64,000 nt of DNA from an uncultured Acidobacteriota bacterium. Lineage in GTDB: Bacteria > Acidobacteriota > UBA6911. Below are positions 30,140 to 40,178 of the stretch, one piece after another (within the stretch, counting starts at the first letter, position 1; the number at the start of each line of letters is the position of its first letter). A model generated the notes under the pieces. It ran no database searches. It saw nothing but the letters and a program-made list of their open reading frames with translations, and was not told where the DNA came from. Both the position numbers and the translations under genes were made by a program. The stretch covers positions 96,001 through 160,000 of the forward strand of contig CAWJKZ010000011.1 in assembly GCA_963843575.1 (NCBI GenBank), given 5' to 3'.

Positions 30140-32257
30140 TTAAAAGAGGTTCGGGAGGTATTCCAGCTCATCGGAGAACGGCTTTGCGGCCCCCGAAGCG
30201 ACCTCGTAGGCTGCCTCGTGACTTGCGATGGCCGCCGAGCCCAGCTCTTCGTAGGGACGGTTGCACACGTCGAGGAAGCCGATGTTGTAGTTCTCCCCGT
30301 CGAAGCGGCCCAGGGCGGACTCGTCGTAGAGCGTGAACCAGTGAGCCCCCACGCACACGGGATTCGCCGCGGCGTCCTCGAGATACACGCGGTACGCTTT
30401 CCCCCGATCCACCTGGTTCTTGAGATGCCCGATTCCCGAGGAGGGCAACCCCACGTCCAATGCGCCGAAGTGCCACTCGCCGATCATTATGGGCATTTTC
30501 AGCATCGCGTGGATTTCTTCGGTCTGGGCCCGCGGCACCTTCTTCTGATAACAGTTTATGCTGAAGACGTCAAAAGAGCGCATCCCCTCGACGGCCCAAC
30601 GGGGCGGCACGCCCGCCCAGCGCATCCCGAGGTTGAGGTGGGCGGGATCGATCTTCCTGCAGGCCTCCGACAGGGCACGGAAGTAGGTATCCGCCATCCT
30701 CACGCTGAATTCCTGCAGGTCCGCCCTGGCTCCAGGCGTGAAGATGCCCTCCCATCGTCCCGACGCGACCCGCTGGAAGCTCGTCCTGACGCCCCATGCC
30801 GCCGACAGCTTCGCGGCGTCGCCGTGCTTCTTGCGCAACCAGTCCGCGAGTACCTTGCGGGCCGGGCAGTCCGGGGTGTTGTAGAGCATGCCCGCGGCCG
30901 GCAATTCCGAGGAGAAACCCCATTCGGGCTCGTTCATCAGGAAGTAACCGACAAATGCGGGGTCGTCCTTCGTGTCGGCAAGCTGGCCGGCATATTCCGC
31001 CACGTCCCGCGCGAAGGCGGGATGAAAAACATCGGGAAAATCCCGATACACGTATGGCACCCTCGTTCCGCGAAAATCCAGCGGGCGGACGTAAGGGAAG
31101 CGGGCGTCGCGCGCAAAGTTCCACTCCGACCAGTTCCCGACCGTGTTGAAGCGCAGCCGTTTCATCTGCGCCAACGCAATCCGGGCCCACTTGTCCCTCC
31201 AGCCCAAGGCGCCGAAAGCCCGGATGAAATTGGCCGCCAGGTAGTTGACGGACTTCTCGTTCCTGCGCCCCTCCCCGCGAAGCGGGCCGAAAATGTCGGC
31301 AAATTCAGCTCGGCCTTCCGGGAGCCAGGCCAGGGCCGTTTCCAGGCCCGCGTAGCTGGCCGCGGTATCGACCCGGACGCAGTCCAGGCCCGCGGACCAG
31401 AAGGCATAGCCGTCCGGATCGACGAGCCACCAGCGCCGCCCGTCGTTGTGCGTGCGGAAGAAGCCTGCGCCGTCGGTAAGCTTGCGCGCCTGCCATCCGC
31501 CCCACCGCGTGAACGAGGCGGGCCAGGCCAGCGTGGGCGCTTCCTCCAGTTGCGATTGAAGCCGCCCTTTCAGGGCGTTGATCGTGCGCGTCTTCCCAGG
31601 CCATTCGTGCAGCGTGCTCTGACCCAGCTCATCCAGGAGCACCCCCCTGGTGAGAACCGGTTTATCGATCCGCGGCGCTTCTGTCTCGACGGCGGCAAAC
31701 GGTGTCATACACCAGCGCGCCGCCTTGGGCCCTTTGCGCTGGACCACGAACTTCATGCGGTCCACCTTGGAGAGCTCGATGCGGTCTCCGCCGCAGCGCG
31801 GCTTCAGGAACGCACCTTCGCGTTCGATGCCCCAACGATTCTGGTCGACGAGGCTCAGCGGCATCCGCACCCGGAACGAACACTGATTCAGGCCGCCAAA
31901 CTGGAATGTGAACCTGCGGCCATCGTCCCCTTCCTGGAGCCAGAGCTGAAACATGACCATGCTGTTGCCGTCGAGGAGCATGTCTGCGGTGAGATACTTC
32001 GAACGGGCCAACGCGCCGCGATCGAACCGGCATTGAAAGCCGTCGCCGGCGGACTGTGCCGTGAACCAGACGGCACCTTCCAGCGGAGCGCCGCCCGCCT
32101 CCCTGGTGATGCCGCCGATCATGGATTGGGGATCCAGACGAATGCCGCCAGGCGACGGCGGCCGCGAGCGCGCGGCCAGCGCGGCCCCCGCGGAGATCGC
32201 GGTCACCCAGAGAAACTCCCGTCGATCGAGCCGGCAAAACGAGTGTTTTGAGCGCAT
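30140..32257 (-). CDS. GH50 beta-agarase-like/GH-A clan glycoside hydrolase with Tat signal
   Basis: RREFLW; DELGQ, RWGGW, GFFRT..DGRRWWLVDPDG, FNTVGNWS, GYFLMNEP, IGEWHFGALD, GENYNIG. Confidence 0.78.
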   Translation of the reverse strand: MRSKHSFCRLDRREFLWVTAISAGAALAARSRPPSPGGIRLDPQSMIGGITREAGGAPLEGAVWFTAQSAGDGFQCRFDRGALARSKYLTADMLLDGNSMVMFQLWLQEGDDGRRFTFQFGGLNQCSFRVRMPLSLVDQNRWGIEREGAFLKPRCGGDRIELSKVDRMKFVVQRKGPKAARWCMTPFAAVETEAPRIDKPVLTRGVLLDELGQSTLHEWPGKTRTINALKGRLQSQLEEAPTLAWPASFTRWGGWQARKLTDGAGFFRTHNDGRRWWLVDPDGYAFWSAGLDCVRVDTAASYAGLETALAWLPEGRAEFADIFGPLRGEGRRNEKSVNYLAANFIRAFGALGWRDKWARIALAQMKRLRFNTVGNWSEWNFARDARFPYVRPLDFRGTRVPYVYRDFPDVFHPAFARDVAEYAGQLADTKDDPAFVGYFLMNEPEWGFSSELPAAGMLYNTPDCPARKVLADWLRKKHGDAAKLSAAWGVRTSFQRVASGRWEGIFTPGARADLQEFSVRMADTYFRALSEACRKIDPAHLNLGMRWAGVPPRWAVEGMRSFDVFSINCYQKKVPRAQTEEIHAMLKMPIMIGEWHFGALDVGLPSSGIGHLKNQVDRGKAYRVYLEDAAANPVCVGAHWFTLYDESALGRFDGENYNIGFLDVCNRPYEELGSAAIASHEAAYEVASGAAKPFSDELEYLPNLF

Positions 32258-32311
32258 CGCGTCCTCCCGCGGCCCCCATCATAATGCCGGAGTCAAGCGC
32301 CGGCGGTCTTT

Positions 32312-32347
32312 GATCTGCGTTGATCCGCGTCCATCCGCGTCCGAAAA
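32312..32347. repeat. Family B half-element
   Basis: ATCTGCGTTGATCCGCGTCCATCCGCGTCCGAAAA. Confidence 0.75.
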
Positions 32348-32388
32348 CGTCATCGTATTCATGTAATTGCTGGTGTAAGGTGGTTACG

Positions 32389-34122
32389 ATGAGCTGGTCC
32401 GCCTCTCCACCCAGGGGTTTTCTGTTTCTGGTGCTTTTGCTGCTGCCTTGCTGCTTCGCCTTGACGCAGAAAAAGGAAAACCAGGAACCCGATTTCAAAG
32501 TCCCGGTCGACGTCATCGTCGTCAGTGCCGTTGTCACGGATCGGGAGGGCGAGCCTGTGCTGGGCCTGGCGGTCGACGATTTCAAAGTATTCGAGGACGG
32601 CAAGCCGCAACCGATCCACACGTTTGCCCTCGAGTCCTACAAAGCGACACAGTCGATCGATCGAAACGGCCAGAAGGCGCCCGTCGCCGCCGACAGGGAA
32701 GAAGCTTCGGAGCCGGCCCAGCCGCGGCTCTTCTCCATCGTGATCGACGACCTTTCCACGGAACGGGAGCTCTACTACCCGATCACCGAGGCGGTGCAGA
32801 AGTTCGTCGACGAGGACCTGCTGCCGGGCGACCAGGTTGCGATCCTCTCCGCGTCCGGGCGCATCCAGCATCCTTTCACAACCGACAGGCAGCTGCTCCG
32901 GGCGGAACTCGGGGAACTCAACAAGAAGCTCAACATGAGCTCTGTCACCAGGTCGACCTGTCCCATCCTTACGGATCTGCAGGCGCAGAGGATCGCCACC
33001 GGCCGGGCGGATCCGGACTCGCTTACCGTGGCGAAGGAGGAAGCAAAACGCTGCATGGGCGCGCTCGCCGATGCCGCCACCGACCCGGAAAGCGGCAGCC
33101 AACTGAAGTTGGGTCTGGCCCTGGATTCCTTCGTCCGCGGGGCGGCCGTAGGACAATACTATGAGATGCAGGACCGCAACCGCTCCCTGCTTCTCAACCT
33201 CCGGCAATACGTCCGGTCCCTGAGGCACTTCGAAGCGAGGAAGAACGTCGTCCTTTTCTCGGACGGGTTCCTCTTTGAAGAGCTCACTTACGAACTGCAG
33301 GACGTCGTCGACCAGGCCCTTAGGGCCGGGGTCGTCCTCAACACGGTGGATGCCCGCGGCCTTTACGTCGACATGTTCAAAGCGAGCGACAATCTGAGCA
33401 ACGTTCCGTGGGAGCTGCTCATCGCCAAAGACCGGTTGCGCTCGGCCGACACCCGGGAGGCTGCGCAACCCCTCAACATGCTGGCGCACGACACGGGCGG
33501 GATCTTCCACGAAAACAGCAACGACCTGCGCGCCGGGCTGCAGAAGGTCTCGGAGCGGCAGACCCACTTCTACGTCCTGACCTACGCGGCCCCCTCGTCG
33601 AGGGCCGACGGCCGCTACCACAAGATCAAGCTCGAGGTCGCGCGCCCCGGACTGAAGCTCTCGTATCGCCAGGGGTATTACGCCCCGAAGGAGCAGCTGA
33701 CCTTCGAGAAGCGGAGAAAAGAAGACATTCTCGAGGCCCTCCACGCCCCCGGAAACGCCAACGAGATACCGATCCGTACCGGCTATGCATCCTACAAGGT
33801 CGATGATGTGCGTTACGAGGTCGAACTCGTGACCCAGGTCGACATCCGGCGCATGAAGTTCGTCGAGGAGGATTCGAGGCGCCGGAACCTGATCAGCGTC
33901 GTGGTTGTCGCCTTCGATGAATACGATCGCTATGTCGACGGCCTACAGAAGGATGTCACCTTCAACCTCACGCCCTCAGGCTACTCCGAGATCCTCGGCC
34001 GCGGCTTCGCGTCCAAGGTTGTGTTTCGGGTGCCTCCCGGCAGATACAAGATCAAGACCGTCGTTCGGGAAAGCGGGGACAGCAAGATAGGATCGCTGAC
34101 CAAGGGCATCGAGGTCCCGTAG
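32389..34122 (+). CDS. Acidobacterial-type VWA domain protein
   Basis: V.VSAVVTDREG.PV.GL..DDFKVFEDGKPQPI, RKNVVLFSDG, LAHDTGG, YVLTY...DGRYHKIKL...YRQGYYAP. Confidence 0.88.
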   Translation: MSWSASPPRGFLFLVLLLLPCCFALTQKKENQEPDFKVPVDVIVVSAVVTDREGEPVLGLAVDDFKVFEDGKPQPIHTFALESYKATQSIDRNGQKAPVAADREEASEPAQPRLFSIVIDDLSTERELYYPITEAVQKFVDEDLLPGDQVAILSASGRIQHPFTTDRQLLRAELGELNKKLNMSSVTRSTCPILTDLQAQRIATGRADPDSLTVAKEEAKRCMGALADAATDPESGSQLKLGLALDSFVRGAAVGQYYEMQDRNRSLLLNLRQYVRSLRHFEARKNVVLFSDGFLFEELTYELQDVVDQALRAGVVLNTVDARGLYVDMFKASDNLSNVPWELLIAKDRLRSADTREAAQPLNMLAHDTGGIFHENSNDLRAGLQKVSERQTHFYVLTYAAPSSRADGRYHKIKLEVARPGLKLSYRQGYYAPKEQLTFEKRRKEDILEALHAPGNANEIPIRTGYASYKVDDVRYEVELVTQVDIRRMKFVEEDSRRRNLISVVVVAFDEYDRYVDGLQKDVTFNLTPSGYSEILGRGFASKVVFRVPPGRYKIKTVVRESGDSKIGSLTKGIEVP

Positions 34123-34154
34123 GACGAGGCAGTCAGGAGTTGGCAGGAGGTCTT

Positions 34155-36605
34155 ATGTCGAACTCAACAATCCGGTTTTGGTTTGCCCGGCCTTTCTGGT
34201 GTGTGCTGACGGTTCTCGGGGTCGTTCTGTGCTCGTCGTGGACTCCCGGGGCATCCTCGCAGGGCGCACCCGCGCAGTCCGATCGCGTCAGCCTTCGGGT
34301 CGATGTGGAGCTGATCACGGTCGAGGTCATTGTCCTCGACAAAAAGGGACGCCCCATACCGAACCTCAAGCAGGAGGATTTCCAGCTCTTCGAGGACGGA
34401 AAGCGGCAGGAGATCGTCACCTTCGCCGAAATCTCCGACGAGCAGAACCGGGAGGTTCCCACCAGCCTCGCGGACCTCGACGAGGGGGGGCCAAACCGGG
34501 GCAAGGTGGTGCTGATTCTCTTCGACGACAGCCACATCACCAACGCGCAGCTCTATAACTCGAGGGAATCGGCCGAGAAGTACGTGAAAGAACAGATGCG
34601 GCCGAGGGACCTGTTCGCCGTCGCTTCTTACGGCATGTCCCTGAAGCTACTACAGAACTTCACGCACGACGCCGCCAAGGTGACGGAGGCCATTCGTCGG
34701 CCGACCACCTCCTTCGCCAACCAGGCTGCCGAAATGCGGGGTGGCGGTGCGATGATGCCCGGCCAGGAGTCGATGGGCCGAGGGTCGATGGACCGGGGAT
34801 CCATGAACCGGTCGAGACCCGACGTGTCGAGCCCGGAGATCCGGATGCGGGTCATGTCGTTTTTCCGGGCGCTCAACGTCCTCAGTTCCGCGGTCTCCCC
34901 GGTAAGAGGCCGGAAAGCCGTCATCATCTTCTCCGAGGACTTCTCGGCAAGCTCCGAGATCCAGACCGAGTTGATGAACACGATAAACTCCGCGAAAAAG
35001 GCAAATGTTTCCTTCTACACCGTCGACGTGAGAGGGCTCAATACCGGTCCGTCGGTCGGTATTCCCGACCAACGCGGCCGGTCCGGCGCCGACGCGTTGC
35101 GGACCGCGTTCTCCCCGGCGCGCTCCATCTTTAGTCGGCTCGGGTCCGGCATGGTCCTGCCGGGTGCGGGAACCGGGAGCCTCGCGGCATTCTCGTTCGG
35201 CCAGCAGGGAGGCGGCCAGACCGGAGGATCGGGCGGGTCCGGAGGGTCTGGCGGGTCCGGTGGATCTGGCGGGTCCGGTGGATCGGGGGGCTCCGGAGGC
35301 TCCGGGACGGGCGGGAGCGGCAGCGGCGGCACAACCCCTGGCGGGGGGTCCACGGGAGCGAATCCGGGCGGAAACGCCGGGAACAATCCCGGTACCAACA
35401 CGAACCCCGTGTCGCCCAACTTCAACCCGAACAATGGCGGCCGGGACTTCAATCGGGAGCAGCAGGACTTCGCCCGATTCTCGCAGCAGACCATCGACAA
35501 CATGTTGAGGAGCCTGGCGGGCCAGACCGGCGGGGTGGCGATATACAACACCAGCGATTTCAACGGGCGGCTCAACGAGGTCACCCGGGAGCTGAACAAC
35601 TACTACGTTCTCGGATTTCAGTCGAGCAACCCGAAGCGGGACGGCGCGTTCCGCAAGCTCAAGGTCAAAACCGAGGTGAAAGCGGAAGTGCGGCACCGGG
35701 ACGGTTACGTCGACCCGCGTCCCCTTGACGTGCTCGCCGGGTCCAAAGGGGAAAAGTCGATGCTGAGCGCGATTGCGTCGCCTGCCCTCGCCGTCACGCT
35801 TCCGGTAACATTCAGCGCCGCCTACTTCTATGACTCGCCGGCATTGGCCCGGATACCGGTTACCGCCAGGATCGCCACCTCGGCCCTCGAGCTCAAGAAA
35901 AAGGGAGGGCAGCTCGTGGGCGATCTCAACGTGATGGGCGTCGCCTACGGCGAGGACGGCGGCATCTCGGCCCGCTTCAGCGAGACGCTGCACGTAGCCA
36001 TAGACAAGGACAACGAGCCCGCCTTCCGTCAGAGACCCCTCGATTACCGAAACTACTTCAAGCTGCGGCCGGGAAAGTACCAGCTCAAGATCGCGACCGC
36101 GGACGAGAAGGGTAAGGTCGGTTCGGCGGAGCAGGCGCTCGTCGTCCCACCCTCGAACCCGGGCGAATTGGCGGCGAGCAGCCTGGTGCTTGTGCAGCAG
36201 GTCGCGCAACTTCCGGCACTGATCCAGGATCTGCAGGTCAAACTGCTGGATGACAGCGATCCCCTGATCTACAAAGGGGTGCAGATCACCCCCGCGGCGG
36301 AGAGCCAGGTGCCCGTGGGGAGTCCCATCAACATCGTCTTCAAGCTCTACAACCTGAGCGACAACGCGCAGGAACGGAAGCTGACGGCCGAGGCCCGCCT
36401 GACCGATGAGAAGGGCTCAATCCACACCCTGCCGCCGATACCTCTGGAACCTTACCTGTATCCGACCGGGAAAACCGAGGCCATGGTCGGCCTCCGCCTG
36501 ACCTTCGCGGAGGCGCTTGCCGGAACATACAAACTGGAGATCGCGACTTCAGAGGGCACGTCCAGCCGCTCCATCTCCCTCCACACCACCCTCCTGTACA
36601 AATAG
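34155..36605 (+). CDS. Acidobacterial-type VWA domain protein with Gly/Ser-rich insertion
   Basis: Paralogue of the upstream gene (DFQLFEDGKRQEI, GRKAVIIFSED, LAGQTGG, YYVLGF); GGS repeat tract at about 35210-35350. Confidence 0.88.
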   Translation: MSNSTIRFWFARPFWCVLTVLGVVLCSSWTPGASSQGAPAQSDRVSLRVDVELITVEVIVLDKKGRPIPNLKQEDFQLFEDGKRQEIVTFAEISDEQNREVPTSLADLDEGGPNRGKVVLILFDDSHITNAQLYNSRESAEKYVKEQMRPRDLFAVASYGMSLKLLQNFTHDAAKVTEAIRRPTTSFANQAAEMRGGGAMMPGQESMGRGSMDRGSMNRSRPDVSSPEIRMRVMSFFRALNVLSSAVSPVRGRKAVIIFSEDFSASSEIQTELMNTINSAKKANVSFYTVDVRGLNTGPSVGIPDQRGRSGADALRTAFSPARSIFSRLGSGMVLPGAGTGSLAAFSFGQQGGGQTGGSGGSGGSGGSGGSGGSGGSGGSGGSGTGGSGSGGTTPGGGSTGANPGGNAGNNPGTNTNPVSPNFNPNNGGRDFNREQQDFARFSQQTIDNMLRSLAGQTGGVAIYNTSDFNGRLNEVTRELNNYYVLGFQSSNPKRDGAFRKLKVKTEVKAEVRHRDGYVDPRPLDVLAGSKGEKSMLSAIASPALAVTLPVTFSAAYFYDSPALARIPVTARIATSALELKKKGGQLVGDLNVMGVAYGEDGGISARFSETLHVAIDKDNEPAFRQRPLDYRNYFKLRPGKYQLKIATADEKGKVGSAEQALVVPPSNPGELAASSLVLVQQVAQLPALIQDLQVKLLDDSDPLIYKGVQITPAAESQVPVGSPINIVFKLYNLSDNAQERKLTAEARLTDEKGSIHTLPPIPLEPYLYPTGKTEAMVGLRLTFAEALAGTYKLEIATSEGTSSRSISLHTTLLYK

Positions 36606-37021
36606 GGGACGGACCAGGAGAAGCGCTTTATTGTCAATTGTTTATAGATAATTCAGGCTCCAAATTGGCCCTTATTTGAGGTTTTTGGGCCTGTTTTTCT
36701 CAATTAAGCCACCAGGCAGTGGCACCGGCGGTGATTCGTTGCCTTATCTTAAAAAAAGAGGCCCAAAAATCCGAAATAAGGCTCTCTTTTCGCAGGAATA
36801 TTCTCGTAAAGAGTTACAATAGTTAGCTTTGTTTAGGTCCGTCCCCTTTTTGAGATTTTCTGGGGTGTTTTTTGTCAATTAAGGTGCTGGGATTTGGCGA
36901 AGGTCGGTGACGTGGTGCTTATTTCAAGAAAATGAGGCCGAAAATTCAAAATAAGGCACTATTTTGGCCCAAAAAAAGTCGTAAGCTATTGAAAGCTATA
37001 TGTTTGCTTTGGTCCGTCCCC
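36605..37021. repeat. Cluster of family A elements: inverted pair 36605-36846, then a truncated + copy and a - copy ending at 37021
   Basis: GGGGACGGACC at 36605, GGTCCGTCCCC at 36836 and 37011, each 55 nt from a CTTAT-N28-(A/T)TAAG box; strongly AT-rich island. Confidence 0.9.
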
Positions 37022-37759
37022 ATGGCGTTGGGGCAGCAGGCGGATCAGGGCAGTTTTGGGTCTAAGTTTTTCGATCAGCTGCAGGCCATTTTCGGCCGGT
37101 TCCAGAATTCCGAACTCGACCGGGTCTTCGCACAGTCCAGGCCGATTCAGTGCTCCGAACTCGTCGCAGGCAAGGGAGAGTGGCGCCCGGTTGCCTTCTT
37201 CAATGAAAACCGCAAACTGGGGGACTGGTGCAAGGAGAGCCTGGAGGAAGTGAAAGCCGACCTGGCCGTGTACACCTTCAAGGGGGAGTGCAGCGGGGAG
37301 CAGGGGACCGTGCAACTGAGCACGGAGTTCCCGACCACCGCAGGAATTGAGGAATACAACCAGCAGAGAATCGACCTCGGCAAGGTCGACGTCACCGTTA
37401 ACGACCCGGTCCCGGTCGTTTTCAACTCCAGGACATCAACCTACACGTTCAATCTCCCCTACCTCTTTAAGTCCGGCCAAGAGGGGAGCATGAATCTCTA
37501 CAGCTTCGCTGCGCCGGATAGAAACGCGGCCTATGCCAGAGAGGTGACAAGCCGGTGGGAATGCAAGGCAGTCTCCTCGAGCGACGTGACCTATCGATTT
37601 CTGATCTGCCGGGCCAACACGGTCCCGCGCAGCACTATCCGGAAGAACGAACGGTGGGAGCCATCCTTCGGGGCATCCGCCTATTTCATCCTCTCCGACG
37701 GCACGGAGGCTCAGACGAGCGTGAAACTGTCGTTTGAAGACGCCGACACCCCGAAATGA
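36932..37759 (+). CDS. Hypothetical exported protein; N-terminus overlaps a family A element
   Basis: 275-aa ORF with normal composition after 37022; several Cys; no family recognised. Confidence 0.65.
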   Translation: MRPKIQNKALFWPKKSRKLLKAICLLWSVPMALGQQADQGSFGSKFFDQLQAIFGRFQNSELDRVFAQSRPIQCSELVAGKGEWRPVAFFNENRKLGDWCKESLEEVKADLAVYTFKGECSGEQGTVQLSTEFPTTAGIEEYNQQRIDLGKVDVTVNDPVPVVFNSRTSTYTFNLPYLFKSGQEGSMNLYSFAAPDRNAAYAREVTSRWECKAVSSSDVTYRFLICRANTVPRSTIRKNERWEPSFGASAYFILSDGTEAQTSVKLSFEDADTPK

Positions 37760-37858
37760 AGTAATCCTCGCATCACCCTGGCCGAAAAAAAACGCAAGAG
37801 CCTTGCCTGCGCGCGTCTCTCTACTGAAACAGCTGATCCCTGAAACAGGAGGTAGAAA

Positions 37859-38644
37859 ATGAGAGTCGCCCTGATCCTCGGAATGTCTCTGTTGACGATT
37901 GGCTATGTGGCCGCGCACGGCCCTCAGCCCGGGGTGGAGGTCCTGGTCGATGGTAACCCGGTGCCGAATTATTTCCACCGGGGCACAACCTACCTGGAAG
38001 CCGCAAAAGGAAAGGAATACGCGATACGCATCACGAATCCGATCGGAACCCGGGTCGCCGTGGCCCTCTCGGTGGACGGATTGAACACGATCGATGCGCG
38101 TCACACCGAGGCCCGGCTGGGCCGCAAGTGGGTCCTGGCGCCTTACGAATCCATCGTTATCAGCGGGTGGCAGACAAACGCAAAGCAGGCCAGGCGTTTC
38201 TTCTTCACGAACGAGGAGCGGTCCTACGGCGCGTGGCTGGGTCAGACGGAGGATCTCGGGGTCATCAGCGCGGCCTTTTTCCGTGAAAGAACCCAGCGGT
38301 TCTATGCCCAGGATGGTTCCCTCTCGGCGCCGGAAGAACCGGCGCGGAAGGATTCCGGGACCGCCGCCCCCGCGCGGGCCAAACAGAACGAGTCCGGCGT
38401 TGCCGCACCGGCGGACGAGGCCGGTTACGCCGCTACCGGGATCGGGCAACGCGTGGACCATGAGGTCCGGCAGGTCCACATGGACCTCGAGGACAAGCCC
38501 TTTGCCCTGGTCAATCTCCGCTACGAGTTCAGGCCTGCTCTGGTCAGGCTCGGCGTTGTTCCGCCGCCGAGCATCGATGATCCGCTGGCTCGTCGTGAAA
38601 GGGCCAAAGGATTTCGCGGGACCGGCTTCTGTCCTGAACCGTAA
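37859..38644 (+). CDS. Conserved hypothetical secreted protein
   Basis: RBS AGGAGG, signal peptide, RVAVALSVDGLNTID, ISGWQ, LGVISAAFFRE. Confidence 0.78.
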   Translation: MRVALILGMSLLTIGYVAAHGPQPGVEVLVDGNPVPNYFHRGTTYLEAAKGKEYAIRITNPIGTRVAVALSVDGLNTIDARHTEARLGRKWVLAPYESIVISGWQTNAKQARRFFFTNEERSYGAWLGQTEDLGVISAAFFRERTQRFYAQDGSLSAPEEPARKDSGTAAPARAKQNESGVAAPADEAGYAATGIGQRVDHEVRQVHMDLEDKPFALVNLRYEFRPALVRLGVVPPPSIDDPLARRERAKGFRGTGFCPEP

Positions 38645-38710
38645 TTGGTCGTTTCCGGGCGGCTTCTCCCGAATCCGGGCCTGAGATCGACGGCTAGATG
38701 CTGGACGCGT

Positions 38711-39661
38711 CTACGGCCCTCTATCTTCTCGCCCTCTGGTTCCGGTTTCGAGGATGGCTCCTCGGCCCTGGAACGCGCAGCCCAGCAGGGGGGCGTCCTC
38801 GCCGAGAGTGCTGCGGACGATGCGCACGCCCGAGCTGACGGAGTGAAACGAGTAGCGGGGCAGGATGCGGCGGGCCGGCTCGAGCAGCAGGTCGCCGGCC
38901 TTCGCCACGCTTCCGCCGACGACGTAGAGGTCGATGTTGAGGATCATCGCCATGGTCGCGACGGCCAGGCCCAGCGCTTCCCCGGCTTCCCGCAGCACCT
39001 GCCGGGCGCGCTCGTCGCCTTCCCGTGCCAGCTGCGTGATGTGTTCGCCCGACAACGCCCGGCCGGTTTCCCGGTAGCGCCGCTCCAGTCCCGGCCCGCC
39101 CAGGTACGTCTCAACGCAGCCCCGGGAACCGCAGGGGCAGGGTGCGCCGGAGCGATCGAGCGTGATGTGGCCGACTTCCCCGGCGAGGTCCCGCACCCCG
39201 CGAAAGACCTGCCCATCGACCACGATGGCCGCGCCGACGCCGGTCCCCGCGACGATGTAGACCAGCGCGGGAGCGCCGTGCCCGGCCCCGTAGTAGAATT
39301 CCCCCAGGGCCGCCGATTTTGCGTCGTGGTCGAGGCTGACGGGCAGGCGGAGGCGGTCGGCCAGCATCTGGCGCAGCGGGGTGTTGTGCAGCCCCTGGAG
39401 TTCGTGGGGTTCCAGCACCGTGCCCGCGGCGTGATCGACGGGCCCGGGCGCGCATATGCCGAGCGCGCTGACCCGCTCGCCGCCGGGAAGTTCCGTCTCG
39501 AGCTCCGCCACGCAGAGGGCGATCCGTTCAACCACGGACTCCGCGCCCAGGTGCGCGTCGGTGGAGAGGCGCCGCCGCGCCACGATGCGGTTTTCCGGAT
39601 CGATCAGCCCGAGCGCAGTCTTGGTGCGCCCCAGGTCGACGCCGACGACCCAGCTGCTCAT
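38711..39661 (-). CDS. ROK family sugar kinase
   Basis: GVDLGRTK, DHDAKSAALGE, GTGVG, GEVGH, CPCGSRGCVE. Confidence 0.9.
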   Translation of the reverse strand: MSSWVVGVDLGRTKTALGLIDPENRIVARRRLSTDAHLGAESVVERIALCVAELETELPGGERVSALGICAPGPVDHAAGTVLEPHELQGLHNTPLRQMLADRLRLPVSLDHDAKSAALGEFYYGAGHGAPALVYIVAGTGVGAAIVVDGQVFRGVRDLAGEVGHITLDRSGAPCPCGSRGCVETYLGGPGLERRYRETGRALSGEHITQLAREGDERARQVLREAGEALGLAVATMAMILNIDLYVVGGSVAKAGDLLLEPARRILPRYSFHSVSSGVRIVRSTLGEDAPLLGCAFQGRGAILETGTRGREDRGP

Positions 39662-39688
39662 AGAGTTCCCCATCCCCGGCCGGCAGCG

Positions 39689-40099
39689 TCAGCGCGCGAA
39701 GGCGTCGGCGCCGAGCCGGGCGAGGACCATGTCCTCCCTCTCGGGGAGCCCGCTCACCCCGACGGCGCCGATCACCTGGCCCTCGAAAACGATCGGGACG
39801 CCGCCGCCCCATGCGGTGTAGCGCAGGTCGCCGTAGTTGGTCATCGGGTACCTGTCCGCGCGCCACGTGTCGCCGATTGCCGCCGTCTCCTTCTGTTCGC
39901 GCGCGGCCGTGAACGCCTTGTTGATCGCGACCGTGATCGACGGCAGGCGGCACCCGTCGGTGCGCAGGAACGCGAGCAGTTCGCCCTGGGCGTCGGCCAC
40001 GGCGATCGCCGCGCCCTTGCCGGCCCGCTCGAGCTCGTCCCGGATGGCCTCGACGATGCGCTGCGCGTCGCTGTGGGAAAGATGATTGCGCTGGTACAT
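39689..40099 (-). CDS. GlcG/HbpS family heme-binding protein
   Basis: IAVAD..G.LLAFLR.DG, AINKAFTA, GGGVPI...GQVIGAVGVSG....D. Confidence 0.88.
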   Translation of the reverse strand: MYQRNHLSHSDAQRIVEAIRDELERAGKGAAIAVADAQGELLAFLRTDGCRLPSITVAINKAFTAAREQKETAAIGDTWRADRYPMTNYGDLRYTAWGGGVPIVFEGQVIGAVGVSGLPEREDMVLARLGADAFAR

Positions 40100-40178
40100 G
40101 CTCACCCCCTCGGTTGACTTGCCTTGCGGATCCGCCTGCGGCCCCATGGCAGGGCTTTTCCGGGGAAGAACGACCCGC

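Noticed and set aside
36605-37021. CRISPR-like array
   Set aside because: The units are inverted and dispersed rather than direct repeats with regular spacers, and no cas genes are present.
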